Counted from the first letter of the stretch, positions 1-9,609 are shown. The stretch is 55,594 nucleotides of DNA from an uncultured Methanosarcinales archaeon (GCA_964362365.1 CAYIEF010000004.1:1-55594); one strand, 5' to 3'. Numbers and translations: made by a program. Notes: a model not told the origin generated them from the sequence alone.

Positions 1-2
1 GG

Positions 3-158
3 AAAATTTATAGTGATTACAGGAAAGGAAAGCTTTTGAGCGGGGAATTGAAGCAGATAACTATCGAAAAGATCACTGTTTTTTTGAAAGAGCATCAGCA
101 AAAAAGAAAAGAAGCAGAAAAAGTGGTGCAGAAGTTTATACAAGCGCAGGGCATTTGA
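3..158 (+). CDS. trpS: C-terminal fragment of archaeal/eukaryotic-type tryptophanyl-tRNA synthetase (runs off window start)
   Basis: Manual translation KIYSDYRKGKLLSGELKQITIEKITVFLKEHQQKRKEAEK...* matches the Y..G.LL.GELK...I..L..HQ C-terminal helix of archaeal TrpRS; not in ORF track. Confidence 0.8.
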   Translation, partial: KIYSDYRKGKLLSGELKQITIEKITVFLKEHQQKRKEAEKVVQKFIQAQGI

Positions 159-226
159 GAGGGAATAGTCTTCCCAAAAATTTAAATACCACAAAATATT
201 CTGTCTAAAAAAGAGGTTGAAGAAAC

Positions 227-442
227 ATGGCTAAGAAGAAAGTACGCCGTTCTAAGAAAGCTCCGCCAAAATGGCATGCTGTTCCTTTGAAAGGAAGTTT
301 CATGGTTCTATCGATAATTGGTTTTTTGATCACCTGGAAGCTTATCCATGATACAAATTATAGATTCGCCTTCATGCTCGTTTTTATTGCCATGTTTATC
401 GCTTCCCTGATCAGCATGACTAAAGCTCCCACAAGTGAATAA
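227..442 (+). CDS. small two-TM membrane protein, basic N-terminus
   Basis: 71-aa ORF, GAGG SD-like upstream, two hydrophobic helices. Confidence 0.7.
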   Translation: MAKKKVRRSKKAPPKWHAVPLKGSFMVLSIIGFLITWKLIHDTNYRFAFMLVFIAMFIASLISMTKAPTSE

Positions 443-540
443 AATGAAAATCCTAAAAATTGATTTGATACGGATTTTCAATTATTCCTCGCTGATTGCT
501 ACTAAACAGCGAGGCATCATAACCTCTGGCTCGGAATAAA

Positions 541-987
541 ATGAAGTCAACTACGCTCTCCTGGAAATTTCCTCAGAAAGAATTTTTAGTGATGCGGGTG
601 GAGATAGTATTGATAGCTTTCTTGGCTTTAGTGGTGTATCTATTTGCCTATTTGCAATCGAATGGCTCTTCATGGCTGGGAACCTTATTTGTAGTCTTAT
701 TCTTAGCGCTTTACTTTCTTACTTCGTACGGTATCCAGCGCTGGCGGCAAGTAGAAGAGCATTACAAGCTGACCAAGAAACATCTGGAAGTGGTGCGGAA
801 GAAACGGGGGAGCATGAAGAAAGAGAAAGCCCCTTTGAAAGAGGTTGCCCATCATAAGCTGGATAAAACATTCTTAGGCGGATATTTATTGACCAGAAAA
901 GGAAAGAAGCATTTATTGTTCTTTAATTCCAAAGAAGAAGTAGAGAAGTTCGAAAGTTTCTTGAAGAAGCATTTGAAGAAGAAATGA
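541..987 (+). CDS. two-TM membrane protein with basic C-terminal (bPH-like) domain; true start may be 589/592
   Basis: ORF track; two TM helices followed by beta-rich Lys-rich domain. Confidence 0.6.
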   Translation: MKSTTLSWKFPQKEFLVMRVEIVLIAFLALVVYLFAYLQSNGSSWLGTLFVVLFLALYFLTSYGIQRWRQVEEHYKLTKKHLEVVRKKRGSMKKEKAPLKEVAHHKLDKTFLGGYLLTRKGKKHLLFFNSKEEVEKFESFLKKHLKKK

Positions 988-1035
988 TTGAGTTTGATCA
1001 TTTATTCTACATAGGAAGAGCTTTCTCAAGATGTT

Positions 1036-1560
1036 TCATATTCTGTCAATGATAAAATTCACCCTTTCAGTAATTGGCATTAAAGGAACAACAATTACAT
1101 CATAATCAAGATCCCGATACGCTTCTTCATGCAAAACTCGTAATCGTTGCACCATTTCTAATGGTTCTCTGCGAATTTTATCTTGTTTATAGCCGGGGAT
1201 GGGATCAAACACAAATACTTTATCATACCTGTGCTCTTGGAAAGCCCTTTCATACATCGGCGTAGGTTTTATTTCCATATACCTAAAATAAGCCAACTCA
1301 TCCGGTATTCCCCGATCAATAAAAGCAATTTCGCTATCAAGATGGACTTTAGATTCTAATTCCAATTGCTTTTCAATAAGAACTTCTAAAAAATCATCTA
1401 ATCTAGTCCAAGGGAACAAATCTCCTCCAGAATTCAGCTGTTCTGAAATAATCAACGTTGCTGCTTCCTGTACGGTTGGAAATCCGTACTTGACCAATTC
1501 TTTTAAGGTTTCAGTCTTACTAGAGTAAGCTGATCCAGTGAGAACATATTTTTTGGTCAT
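1036..1560 (-). CDS. AAA_28 / NadR-kinase-like P-loop protein with degenerate Walker A
   Basis: KYVLTGSAYSSKT, VQEAA, FIDRGIPD, YDKVFVFD motifs; start moved to MTKKY (1560) to avoid overlap with upstream gene. Confidence 0.75.
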   Translation of the reverse strand: MTKKYVLTGSAYSSKTETLKELVKYGFPTVQEAATLIISEQLNSGGDLFPWTRLDDFLEVLIEKQLELESKVHLDSEIAFIDRGIPDELAYFRYMEIKPTPMYERAFQEHRYDKVFVFDPIPGYKQDKIRREPLEMVQRLRVLHEEAYRDLDYDVIVVPLMPITERVNFIIDRI

Positions 1561-1582
1561 GATAAAAATTTGATACAAAAGA

Positions 1583-2122
1583 TCAATACCCCAACTCAAC
1601 CACATCGCCTTCTTGAGGGATATAATTTCCAAAAGCCGTCGAAGTTGCCCCATTCACGGTCATCAGCAAATCGCTGCTGCAATACTGCTTTTTATCAAAA
1701 GTAAGACATTGAGTATCTAAAATAATATCGGCTTTTTCTAAAATGTAATACAAGGGCAGCTTAGAACTAAAAGATTTTACTTGGTTTCCTTTAAATGTTA
1801 CAAATATATCCTTTTCATCACTCCGTTCTTCTAAAGTTACATTTTTGATATTTATCATAAATGAAACCGGATCTTGGCTGTATTCATAATAACTTTTTTC
1901 CTCACAAGAATTTGTCAAGCATAAATTTTGCAGGCATAACACATTTAAGGGTTTATCTTCACAAAACAAATAACAATCAGCATCAGTAGTACACATTCTC
2001 GGCTCTGCTCCAGGATCTGGAGAAGAATTATTGAGAACAGCAGGTACAACGAAGCCTAATACTAACATTACTAAAAAGATAATTATTATTATCTTACTAA
2101 ACAACTTCTCAGTTTTCGCCAT
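1583..2122 (-). CDS. membrane-anchored exported protein with Cys-rich segment
   Basis: N-terminal TM, CxxDxDC...C...C motif, C-terminal VNG...NY..EGD.V.L.Y segment. Confidence 0.65.
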   Translation of the reverse strand: MAKTEKLFSKIIIIIFLVMLVLGFVVPAVLNNSSPDPGAEPRMCTTDADCYLFCEDKPLNVLCLQNLCLTNSCEEKSYYEYSQDPVSFMINIKNVTLEERSDEKDIFVTFKGNQVKSFSSKLPLYYILEKADIILDTQCLTFDKKQYCSSDLLMTVNGATSTAFGNYIPQEGDVVELGY

Positions 2123-2176
2123 GACTACCTCATAAAAAGATAAAAGGAATAAAAAAGAAGAAATAGTTAAACATTT

Positions 2177-3376
2177 CTATTTTTGGGATTCAACTACTAA
2201 ATTTCCCCTCATGCCTCGCCAGTCTTCACAGCTGCCGCAAGTGTAGTCAAATGTTCCTGCTTTGTCAGCTACGAATTCTACTTCAGTCGTTCCGGAAACC
2301 TTCTTCTCTACGCCTAAAGAGGGAACTGCGAAGGTGAAATCTAATCCAGTGGGGACAACAGTTAATACAACTGTGCTTCCTTTCTTAACTCTAAGCACAT
2401 TCGGCTGGAAGACCCACTTCTTCGCGTTGAGGGTTAGCTTAACTGTTTCCCCTGCCGCTTCCATTGCCTCGGGTACTTTATTTGCTTCTTCTGGCTCTTC
2501 AGGAGTTTCTGGAGCAAGCTCAGGTTCGGTTGTTGTCTTTACTGGTTCTTCCTCAACCTTAGACGTCGAATCTGTTTCCTTTAATCCAGCTTCTCCTAAA
2601 AGGTTTTTATCCAAGCTTAACCCCTGCGGGAAAAACAACTTCCCGTCCTTGGTCACATAAGAATCAACAACTTGTCCGGCCACTCCCAAAGTTACCTTAT
2701 ATAATGTATCTAATTCTTCAGAAGATTGAACTTCTGCCTGAAAAGGTGGTTGAAGTAATTGAGTATTTACAAACTTCAAGACTTTTTGTTCTGCTTCCGG
2801 TAAAGTCATAGTAGCTGCAGCTGCTCCGGTAAGCGCATTCTTTTCAGAAAAATTAAAACCCTGCGTAAACAAGGATAAGACTAACAAGACCAGCGCGACT
2901 CCTGTCAATGCTTTCCATGTTGATGCTTCCTTAAATAACCCTGATTCTTTATTATCCTCTTCCCAAGGATTAACGGGGGAAGAAGTTTCTACTGCTGGTT
3001 TCGTTTCTTTTACACTTTCTTTTGCCGGTTTAATGTTCACCGTTATGGTTTCTTTCTTAGGCGCTTCAGAAACTTTTTTCTCCTTCTGCTCTTTTACCTC
3101 GGTCTTTTCAGTTGAGGAAGGTTTTTCTTTCTCTAGCGCAGTTTCTTTAGGTTTAACCGTAGCGTTTTTTTCACTCTTCTTAACTGCGCTCTTCTTAAAT
3201 GCCGTGGAACTTGTTTTTTTTGAAGGCTTGTGCAGCCGTAATGCTGTTGGCTGTTCTCGAAACTCAATTTTAATCTCCTGACTTTTAGGAGCGACTGGAG
3301 GAAGGTCCTCTAAATCTTCGATAAATTCCTCTCCAAAAAAAGAATCTTCCACTTCATCTAACTGTTTTTGTTCCAT
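2177..3376 (-). CDS. membrane protein: low-complexity N-terminus, TM, DsbC-N-like domain, C-terminal cupredoxin domain
   Basis: YVTKDGKLFF (DsbC dimerisation-like); KWVFQPNVLRVKKGSTVVL...F.ADKAGTFDYTCGSC...GMRG.LVV (cupredoxin). Confidence 0.65.
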   Translation of the reverse strand: MEQKQLDEVEDSFFGEEFIEDLEDLPPVAPKSQEIKIEFREQPTALRLHKPSKKTSSTAFKKSAVKKSEKNATVKPKETALEKEKPSSTEKTEVKEQKEKKVSEAPKKETITVNIKPAKESVKETKPAVETSSPVNPWEEDNKESGLFKEASTWKALTGVALVLLVLSLFTQGFNFSEKNALTGAAAATMTLPEAEQKVLKFVNTQLLQPPFQAEVQSSEELDTLYKVTLGVAGQVVDSYVTKDGKLFFPQGLSLDKNLLGEAGLKETDSTSKVEEEPVKTTTEPELAPETPEEPEEANKVPEAMEAAGETVKLTLNAKKWVFQPNVLRVKKGSTVVLTVVPTGLDFTFAVPSLGVEKKVSGTTEVEFVADKAGTFDYTCGSCEDWRGMRGNLVVESQK

Positions 3377-3599
3377 AACTTACATCACCCTATTATCTAA
3401 GATCCCTTGAAACGGGGATAAAAAGTTTATAAAGATTTATATGGTTGAAGAAATAGGTTAAGAAGGATATCGTTAAGAAAAACTATTTCTGTCGCACACC
3501 ACTTTGGTGCGTAAATAGAAAAAATATTCTCTTTATTAATTTTTATAACCGGAACTTCTACAAAATCTTAATAAAGCCAAACTATTTAATAGGTTAGAG

Positions 3600-4409
3600 A
3601 TGGAGTTTAAGATCTATAAAAAAGAGAATGAGAACATCCACCGCTATCCCAGCGATGACGTGAAGATAGCGCACAAATTTGCCCAAGAGTTAAAGAATGA
3701 ATTAGGCGATTTTCTCCTCACAGCAGTGGTTTTTGGCAGTTCTGCCCGAAAACAAACCACTCCAGAAAGTGATATCGATGTATTAGTCATTACCGATGAT
3801 ACTCGTTTTCAGCTTAGTGAAGCATTGATAGAAGGATACCGGCTTATCGTAGAAAAGCTGGTTATTCGCACTTCTCCTAAGCTGCACATCACTTCCATGA
3901 CTTTTACCTCCTTTTGGGAATATACAAAAGCAGGAGATCCGGTAGTGGTCAATATCTTGCGGGATGGAGTCGCGCTTATTGATACAGGGTTCTTTGAGCC
4001 ACTGCAGATCCTTCTTAAGAACGGCAGGATCAGGCCGACTGAAGAGAGCATCTGGCGCTACTTCGGTCGTGCTCCGCAAACCTTGTTAAATTCCAAATGG
4101 CATGTCCTGCAAGCTACTCTTGATTTATATTGGGCAGTCATCGATGCGGCGCATGCAGCGTTGATGCGGGCAAAGGAAGTTCCCCCTACTCCTGAACATG
4201 TCGCTGACATGCTGGATAAAGTGTTTGTGAAACAGGGCATGCTGGAAAAAAAGCATGTGGAAACCATGCGCAAATTCTACCATCTCAGCAAGCTGATCGT
4301 GCACCGTGAAATTAAAGAAGTCAAAGGTTCTGCCTACGACCAATATTACAAGGACGCAGATGAATTCATCAAGCGCATGAAACGGCTTATTGAACGGGGA
4401 AAGATGTAA
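3600..4409 (+). CDS. nucleotidyltransferase (MNT)-HEPN fusion protein
   Basis: VVFGSSAR...SDIDVLVI MNT motif; C-terminal helical HEPN-like region ending KLIVH...YKDADEFIKRM. Confidence 0.8.
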   Translation: MEFKIYKKENENIHRYPSDDVKIAHKFAQELKNELGDFLLTAVVFGSSARKQTTPESDIDVLVITDDTRFQLSEALIEGYRLIVEKLVIRTSPKLHITSMTFTSFWEYTKAGDPVVVNILRDGVALIDTGFFEPLQILLKNGRIRPTEESIWRYFGRAPQTLLNSKWHVLQATLDLYWAVIDAAHAALMRAKEVPPTPEHVADMLDKVFVKQGMLEKKHVETMRKFYHLSKLIVHREIKEVKGSAYDQYYKDADEFIKRMKRLIERGKM

Positions 4410-4999
4410 TGAGGAAAAGTGATCGCATTCCTGCTGTTCTACTTGTTATATTCGCAATTTTTTGGTTGATTATTGCTATTAATCCTTACGATAGATGGGT
4501 CTGGCTGGCTGAAAACGCCTTAACAGTCCTGCTGATTGCTTTCTTGGTTTTAACCTATAAGAAATTTCGCTTTTCTAACCACAGTTATGTTTTATTATTT
4601 TCTTATTTAGTGTTCCACACCATTGGAAGCTATTATACTTATACTAATATGCCCTTATTTAACTGGTTAAAAGACATTTTTGACTTAAGCAGGAATCATT
4701 ACGATCGATTGGTGCATTTTTTCTTCGGGCTGGCATTCTATTTCCCGGTGTACGAATTTGCTACCAAGAAACTAAAATTAAGGGGGTGGGAAAGCTTTCT
4801 TCTTCCTTTTTTAGTAATTATATCTTTCAAAGCGATTTACGAAATCATTGAGTATTTAGCGGTAATAGTTACCCGCAGTTCAGTTCTTGGAACCAGTTTC
4901 TTAGGCATGCAGGGCGATTACTGGGATGCTCAGAAAGATATCATGTTTGGGATAACTGGAGCGGCTATTAGTATGATTGTGTGTAGGTTGAGGAAGTAA
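4409..4999 (+). CDS. DUF2238/YjdF-like membrane protein
   Basis: WLAEN, HTIGSYYTY, RNHYDRLVHF, YEIIEY, GMQGDYWDAQKD motifs. Confidence 0.85.
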   Translation: MRKSDRIPAVLLVIFAIFWLIIAINPYDRWVWLAENALTVLLIAFLVLTYKKFRFSNHSYVLLFSYLVFHTIGSYYTYTNMPLFNWLKDIFDLSRNHYDRLVHFFFGLAFYFPVYEFATKKLKLRGWESFLLPFLVIISFKAIYEIIEYLAVIVTRSSVLGTSFLGMQGDYWDAQKDIMFGITGAAISMIVCRLRK

Positions 5000-5005
5000 T
5001 TCATT

Positions 5006-5104
5006 TCTTTCCTGGGTCTGATACCCCGCTGCTCGCAGCGACATCGAATTGTAAACCGATGACCAGGAAAGATTAAAAATACCCCGCAGCTTGCTGCGGT
5101 TGGG
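5006..5104. repeat. palindromic intergenic element resembling IS200/IS605 end hairpins (PATE/MITE-like)
   Basis: ATACCCCGC twice (5021, 5079), each followed by GCWGC-N2-GCWGC hairpin; outer inverted repeat TCTTTCCTGG..GTC / GACCAGGAAAGA. Confidence 0.5.
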
Positions 5105-5166
5105 ATTTTTATTTACTTTTTTCTCAATCAAAACATTTAATAATCTCTCTTCATCTCTAAGCACTG

Positions 5167-6867
5167 ATGAAAGACATTATTCTCAAATATGCGTTAAAGA
5201 ACGCCTTAGACTTTAATGGCAAGGCCAATAAGAATGTCGTTTTAGGTTCAGTTCTCAAAGACAATCCTGCCTTAAAGAAAGATGTCCCGAAAGTCCTCAA
5301 AGAAATTGAAAGAGTTATCTCTGAAGTAGAAATGCTGCCTCTGCCAAAGATAAAGCAACAACTCCAAAAGCTGGCGCCAGAACTTCTCAAAGAAAAAAAA
5401 GAAGAAGCGGAAGAAGGACCGTTAAAAGCACTTCCAAATGCTCAGAAAGGAAAGGTCGTGGTAAGAATCGCTCCTTCCCCATCCGGGCCATTGCACATCG
5501 GGCATGCTTACGGAGCCTCATTAAACTATGAGTATGCAAAAATGTATGACGGGAAATTCCTGCTCAGAATCGAAGACACCAATCCGGAAAATATCTATGC
5601 GCCGGCCTATGATCTTATCCCTCAGGATACCCAATGGCTGTCCGACCACCATGTTGCACAAACAGTAGTCCAATCTTCCCGCTTGGGCAGGTATTACGAT
5701 TACGCTGAGCAATTAGTGCAGAAAGGGAAAGCCTATGTCTGCAAATGCAATCCAGATGAATGGCGGGAAAAAAAGAATCAGGGAATTGCCTGTCCTTGCA
5801 GGAATCTGTCTATCAAAGAAAATCAATTACGCTACGCTAAAATGTTTTCTGAATACGCGGAAGGAGAAGCAGTACTACGATTAAAAACAGACATCAAACA
5901 CAAAAATCCAGCTATGCGGGATTTCCCAATAATGCGTATCAATGAACACCTCCATCCTAAAACTGGCAAAGAACAGAAAGTCTGGCCACTCATGGTCTTT
6001 GCAGTTGCTGTAGACGATCATGAATTAGGTGTTACTCACGTCTTGAATGGAAAAGATCATGCTGACAATGCTGTCAAAGAAGCGATGATCATGGATTATT
6101 TAGGCTGGAAGCCGCCGATGTATAAACATTGGGGCAAGATTAATTTTGAAGGATTCACTCTCAGTACGACCCAGACCAGGCATGCCATAGAACAAAAACA
6201 GTACACTGGCTGGGATGATCTGCGTCTGCCGTTTCTTCCTGCTCTGAGAAGGCGTGGTTATCAACCGCAAGCCTTCCGCAAATTTGCCATGGAGATCGGT
6301 TTAAGTTTAGCTGACAAAACCGTGAGCCAGGAAGAATTCTGGAAGATGATCAATGCGTTTAACCGCGAAGTGGTCGAACCTAACGCCAATAGATATTTTT
6401 TTGTCTCCAATCCAGTCGAGATAACCATCAAAGGCGCTCCTAAGAAAGAAGCTAGATTAGACTTGCATCCTGACTATCCTAAACGAGGGAAAAGAACTCT
6501 TCTAGCCGAAGGCAAGGTTTTCATCTCCCAGCAAGATTTGAAAAAATTAGGTAAAGGAAAAGTCCACCGCCTGATGGATTACTGTAATTTTACTCTAGAA
6601 GGGAAAGGATGGAAATTTGTGTCCGAAGATTATGAAGAGTACAAAAATAATCCTAATAAAGGATTTATCATCCATTGGCTGCCGGTTTCCAAAGATTTGC
6701 CAAAAGTTGAAGTCATGCTTGACACCGGAGAGAAAGCCCTTGGTGTAGGTGAGAAAGGATTAGGACAGTTGAAAGAGGGCGAAATAATACAGTTGGAACG
6801 GATGTACTTTGCCAAACTGGACAGAAAGGAAAACGGTAAGTTGGTATTTTGTTACCTTCATCCCTAA
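5167..6867 (+). CDS. gltX: glutamate--tRNA ligase, archaeal type
   Basis: RIAPSPSGPLHIGH, LRIEDTNP, CxC...CxCR Zn site, MRDFPIMRI, RRRGYQPQA. Confidence 0.97.
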   Translation: MKDIILKYALKNALDFNGKANKNVVLGSVLKDNPALKKDVPKVLKEIERVISEVEMLPLPKIKQQLQKLAPELLKEKKEEAEEGPLKALPNAQKGKVVVRIAPSPSGPLHIGHAYGASLNYEYAKMYDGKFLLRIEDTNPENIYAPAYDLIPQDTQWLSDHHVAQTVVQSSRLGRYYDYAEQLVQKGKAYVCKCNPDEWREKKNQGIACPCRNLSIKENQLRYAKMFSEYAEGEAVLRLKTDIKHKNPAMRDFPIMRINEHLHPKTGKEQKVWPLMVFAVAVDDHELGVTHVLNGKDHADNAVKEAMIMDYLGWKPPMYKHWGKINFEGFTLSTTQTRHAIEQKQYTGWDDLRLPFLPALRRRGYQPQAFRKFAMEIGLSLADKTVSQEEFWKMINAFNREVVEPNANRYFFVSNPVEITIKGAPKKEARLDLHPDYPKRGKRTLLAEGKVFISQQDLKKLGKGKVHRLMDYCNFTLEGKGWKFVSEDYEEYKNNPNKGFIIHWLPVSKDLPKVEVMLDTGEKALGVGEKGLGQLKEGEIIQLERMYFAKLDRKENGKLVFCYLHP

Positions 6868-6917
6868 GGATTATTATTATTCAAAAAATAAAAAAAAAGA
6901 AAAGAGGAATAAAGAAA

Positions 6918-6968
6918 ATGGCAAGAATAAGTCGAGATACACCATTAGCAGAGATTACCTTAAGAAGA
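6918..6968 (+). repeat. synonymously diverged duplicate of the first 17 codons of the gene at 7028
   Basis: Both encode MARISRDTPLAEITLRR; 10 of 17 codons differ, all synonymously. Confidence 0.9.
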
Positions 6969-7027
6969 CAACGAAAATTTCTAATGAAATTTTCGAGCCT
7001 TCTTAACGTGATGGGGGGGGCAATAAA

Positions 7028-7516
7028 ATGGCGCGCATAAGCAGAGATACTCCTTTAGCCGAAATCACGTTAAGAAGATATGAAAAACCAACCGTAAGCG
7101 ATCGTGAATTAGTCAGAAAATTCTGTCTTTCAGTAGGGTTGCTCCAACCAGGAGATTCGAGAGACGTTATAGTAGACGTCTTTCATGTTTTGCTGAAAGC
7201 GAGACAAAATCGCGAAGAACTTCATTCCGAAGAAATAAAAAATAACGTCATGGTTTTGCGCAAAAGTGCAGGGTTGCCTATGTTAGGCATCGCTTCTTCC
7301 AACATCAGAAGACAATTGAAGCGATTGAAAGATCTTCATTTAATTGAAACCAATGCCAATTTGTATAGAATTACCGAATTTAATCATCTGTCTGAGATTT
7401 TTGAAGAGAAAGTAGAGAATTTCATCCTTACTTCCGTGGTAAGCAGGGTGAAAGATTACCTGCAGAAGATCGATGAAGAGTTCAAGCCAGGGGTTAAGGA
7501 ACAGAGGAAAGAGTAA
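7028..7516 (+). CDS. conserved hypothetical winged-helix-like protein
   Basis: DTPLAEITLRRYEKP...SVGLLQPGDSRD; SSNIRRQLKRLKDLHLIE...YRI wHTH pattern. Confidence 0.7.
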   Translation: MARISRDTPLAEITLRRYEKPTVSDRELVRKFCLSVGLLQPGDSRDVIVDVFHVLLKARQNREELHSEEIKNNVMVLRKSAGLPMLGIASSNIRRQLKRLKDLHLIETNANLYRITEFNHLSEIFEEKVENFILTSVVSRVKDYLQKIDEEFKPGVKEQRKE

Positions 7517-7699
7517 AAAAGTCGCCGCCCTGGCCAAGAACTAGAAAATTATTTTTCGAAAATAATTTTGCGCCAATGGTGGTGTGCAGTAAAGAAATAG
7601 TAACAATTTATTAAGAGCGGCCAAGGCGATTTATAACTGATCCAGTATCTAAATTACAAGCACTAAAATATTAAAAAGCATTCGTTCTATTTTTAGTCC

Positions 7700-9103
7700 A
7701 TGGTTGGAAAAGTCACTGCAGTAGTAGGAGCGCAATGGGGAGATGAGGGAAAAGGCGCAATCATCGCCAAACTTGCTCAAGATTCTGATATCTGTGTTCG
7801 CGCTCAAGGTGGCAATAATGCCGGCCATACTTTGTATGATTCTGAAGGTAAAAAAGTGGTAGTTAATATTACTCCTAGCGGAATAATTTATTCTCATGTA
7901 ACCAATATTATCGCTAATGGATGCGTGGTTGACTTAGAAGTTCTTGATAGAAATATGCAGGGAGCAAAAGGAAAGCTCCTCATCTCCGATGCCGCTCATC
8001 TGATTTTTGATTATCATAAGTTTTTAGACGGCGCCCAGGAAGAATCTAAAGGAACTAAGAAAGTAGGGACCACTAAGAAAGGAGTAGGCCCGGGATATGC
8101 CGATAAAGTCAATCGCATAGGTATACGCGCTGGATTGCTGCAGCATCCAGAGCGGCTGGAAGAGCTGCTTCGTAAAAATATTTTTGAGAAGAATATGGAA
8201 CTACTTTTCTATAAGAGTAAAGTACCTGATCTGGAGATACCAATTATTGATGCAGATAAACTTCTAGCAAAAATGAAGCCTCTATTTGAAAAATATGCGC
8301 CATTAGTGACCGATACTCGATTATTTCTTCGGCAAGCTTTCTACAACGGAAAAAAGATAATTTTAGAAGGTGCGCAAGGAGCAATGTTAGATCTTGATCA
8401 TGGAACATATCCTTTTGTCACTTCTTCCAACACTAACGTCACCGGCCTTCTGGCCGGCAGCGGATTGCCGCCAAAGATGTTAGGCACTGTTTTCGGTATT
8501 GTCAAAGCTTACACCAGCCGAGTAGGTGAGGGGCCATTTCCTACAGAAGGAGAACCAGCTGAGAACATCAACAGATTCGAAAATAAAGAAGATTATATGC
8601 GTGCTCATGCTCTTACTGATGATGAAAAAAACGTAGTCCTAGCTGGGAATGTAGATAATCCAAGATATGATAGTGTAACTTCACGTTATTTGCGAGAAAC
8701 TGCCGATGAATTTGGTTCCACCACCGGAAGACCACGTCGTGTTGGCTGGTTAGATGCGGTTGCACTTAGAAAAGCAGCAGAGCTAAATGGGTTTGACTCT
8801 CTTATTCTGACCAGATTAGATAACCTTGATGGTATTGGAAAATTAAAGATCTGCAATGGATATAAAAACCCAACCACTGGTGAGACACTTTATGATTTTC
8901 CTAATGATCCTGAAGCATTAAATGGATTTGAACCTCAATATGAAGTTTTGCCTGGCTGGAAAAACACTAAAGGCATCCGCACTTTCCAAGAATTGCCTCA
9001 GCCAGCTAAAGATTATATTGCTACCTTAGAGGGATTTGTGCACGGAATTAAAGTCTCCGAAATCAAGAACGGATGCAAGCAGGAAGATTATATCCGAAGA
9101 TAA
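7700..9103 (+). CDS. purA: adenylosuccinate synthetase
   Basis: GAQWGDEGKG, QGGNNAGHT, EGAQGAMLDLDHGTYPFVTSS, TTGRPRRVGWLD. Confidence 0.97.
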   Translation: MVGKVTAVVGAQWGDEGKGAIIAKLAQDSDICVRAQGGNNAGHTLYDSEGKKVVVNITPSGIIYSHVTNIIANGCVVDLEVLDRNMQGAKGKLLISDAAHLIFDYHKFLDGAQEESKGTKKVGTTKKGVGPGYADKVNRIGIRAGLLQHPERLEELLRKNIFEKNMELLFYKSKVPDLEIPIIDADKLLAKMKPLFEKYAPLVTDTRLFLRQAFYNGKKIILEGAQGAMLDLDHGTYPFVTSSNTNVTGLLAGSGLPPKMLGTVFGIVKAYTSRVGEGPFPTEGEPAENINRFENKEDYMRAHALTDDEKNVVLAGNVDNPRYDSVTSRYLRETADEFGSTTGRPRRVGWLDAVALRKAAELNGFDSLILTRLDNLDGIGKLKICNGYKNPTTGETLYDFPNDPEALNGFEPQYEVLPGWKNTKGIRTFQELPQPAKDYIATLEGFVHGIKVSEIKNGCKQEDYIRR

Positions 9104-9176
9104 CTGAAGATAATCTAGTTCTTCCCTCAAACAATAAAAATTACAATAAGAAATTAATGAAAAAATGATTAAAATT

Positions 9177-9440
9177 CTAAATAATATCTTCTTCAGCCAC
9201 TACGATGTAATCGCCGCTGGCAATAACCGCTGAGAATGGAATAAGGATGTTTCCTTCTCTTGTCTTTTCTAATTCCATCTTGTCAGTATAGGATGTAGGA
9301 TTTTTCAGTAACAAGTGAATAAGTTCGCCGGAACCAACTTCAAAGATCAAGTCGCCTACCTCTCCGAACTTTTTACCTGACTTGGAAACGATAGTTTTGC
9401 CTAGCAATTCCTTAGAGTAATTCTTCCCTTTTTCTTCCAT
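9177..9440 (-). CDS. PRC-barrel domain protein
   Basis: LLGKTIVSKSGKKFGEVGDLIFE...ILIPFSAVIASGDYIVV; GAGGGTGA SD supports start 9440. Confidence 0.9.
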   Translation of the reverse strand: MEEKGKNYSKELLGKTIVSKSGKKFGEVGDLIFEVGSGELIHLLLKNPTSYTDKMELEKTREGNILIPFSAVIASGDYIVVAEEDII

Positions 9441-9609
9441 GACCATTCACCCTCATTTAATAGATTATTATGGATTTTACGCGCTTTGTGGACTTTAAAT
9501 GCCACCTATATATATAAAGTTTACGGTGGTTGATTATGTCTATTTGGTGTAACTAAATTAAGCTAAAAATAAAACAATATTTATAACTTTAACTCTATTG
9601 TCAAAAGAA

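Noticed and set aside
5006-5072. Hammerhead ribozyme (three stems with CTGAT...GACA core)
   Set aside because: Core deviates at several essential positions (CUGAUAC instead of CUGANGA, GACA instead of GAAA, G at the cleavage site)
8540-8690. About 30-aa insertion in PurA before EFGSTTGRPRR as a possible intein
   Set aside because: Too short and lacks the Cys/Ser start and His-Asn end of inteins
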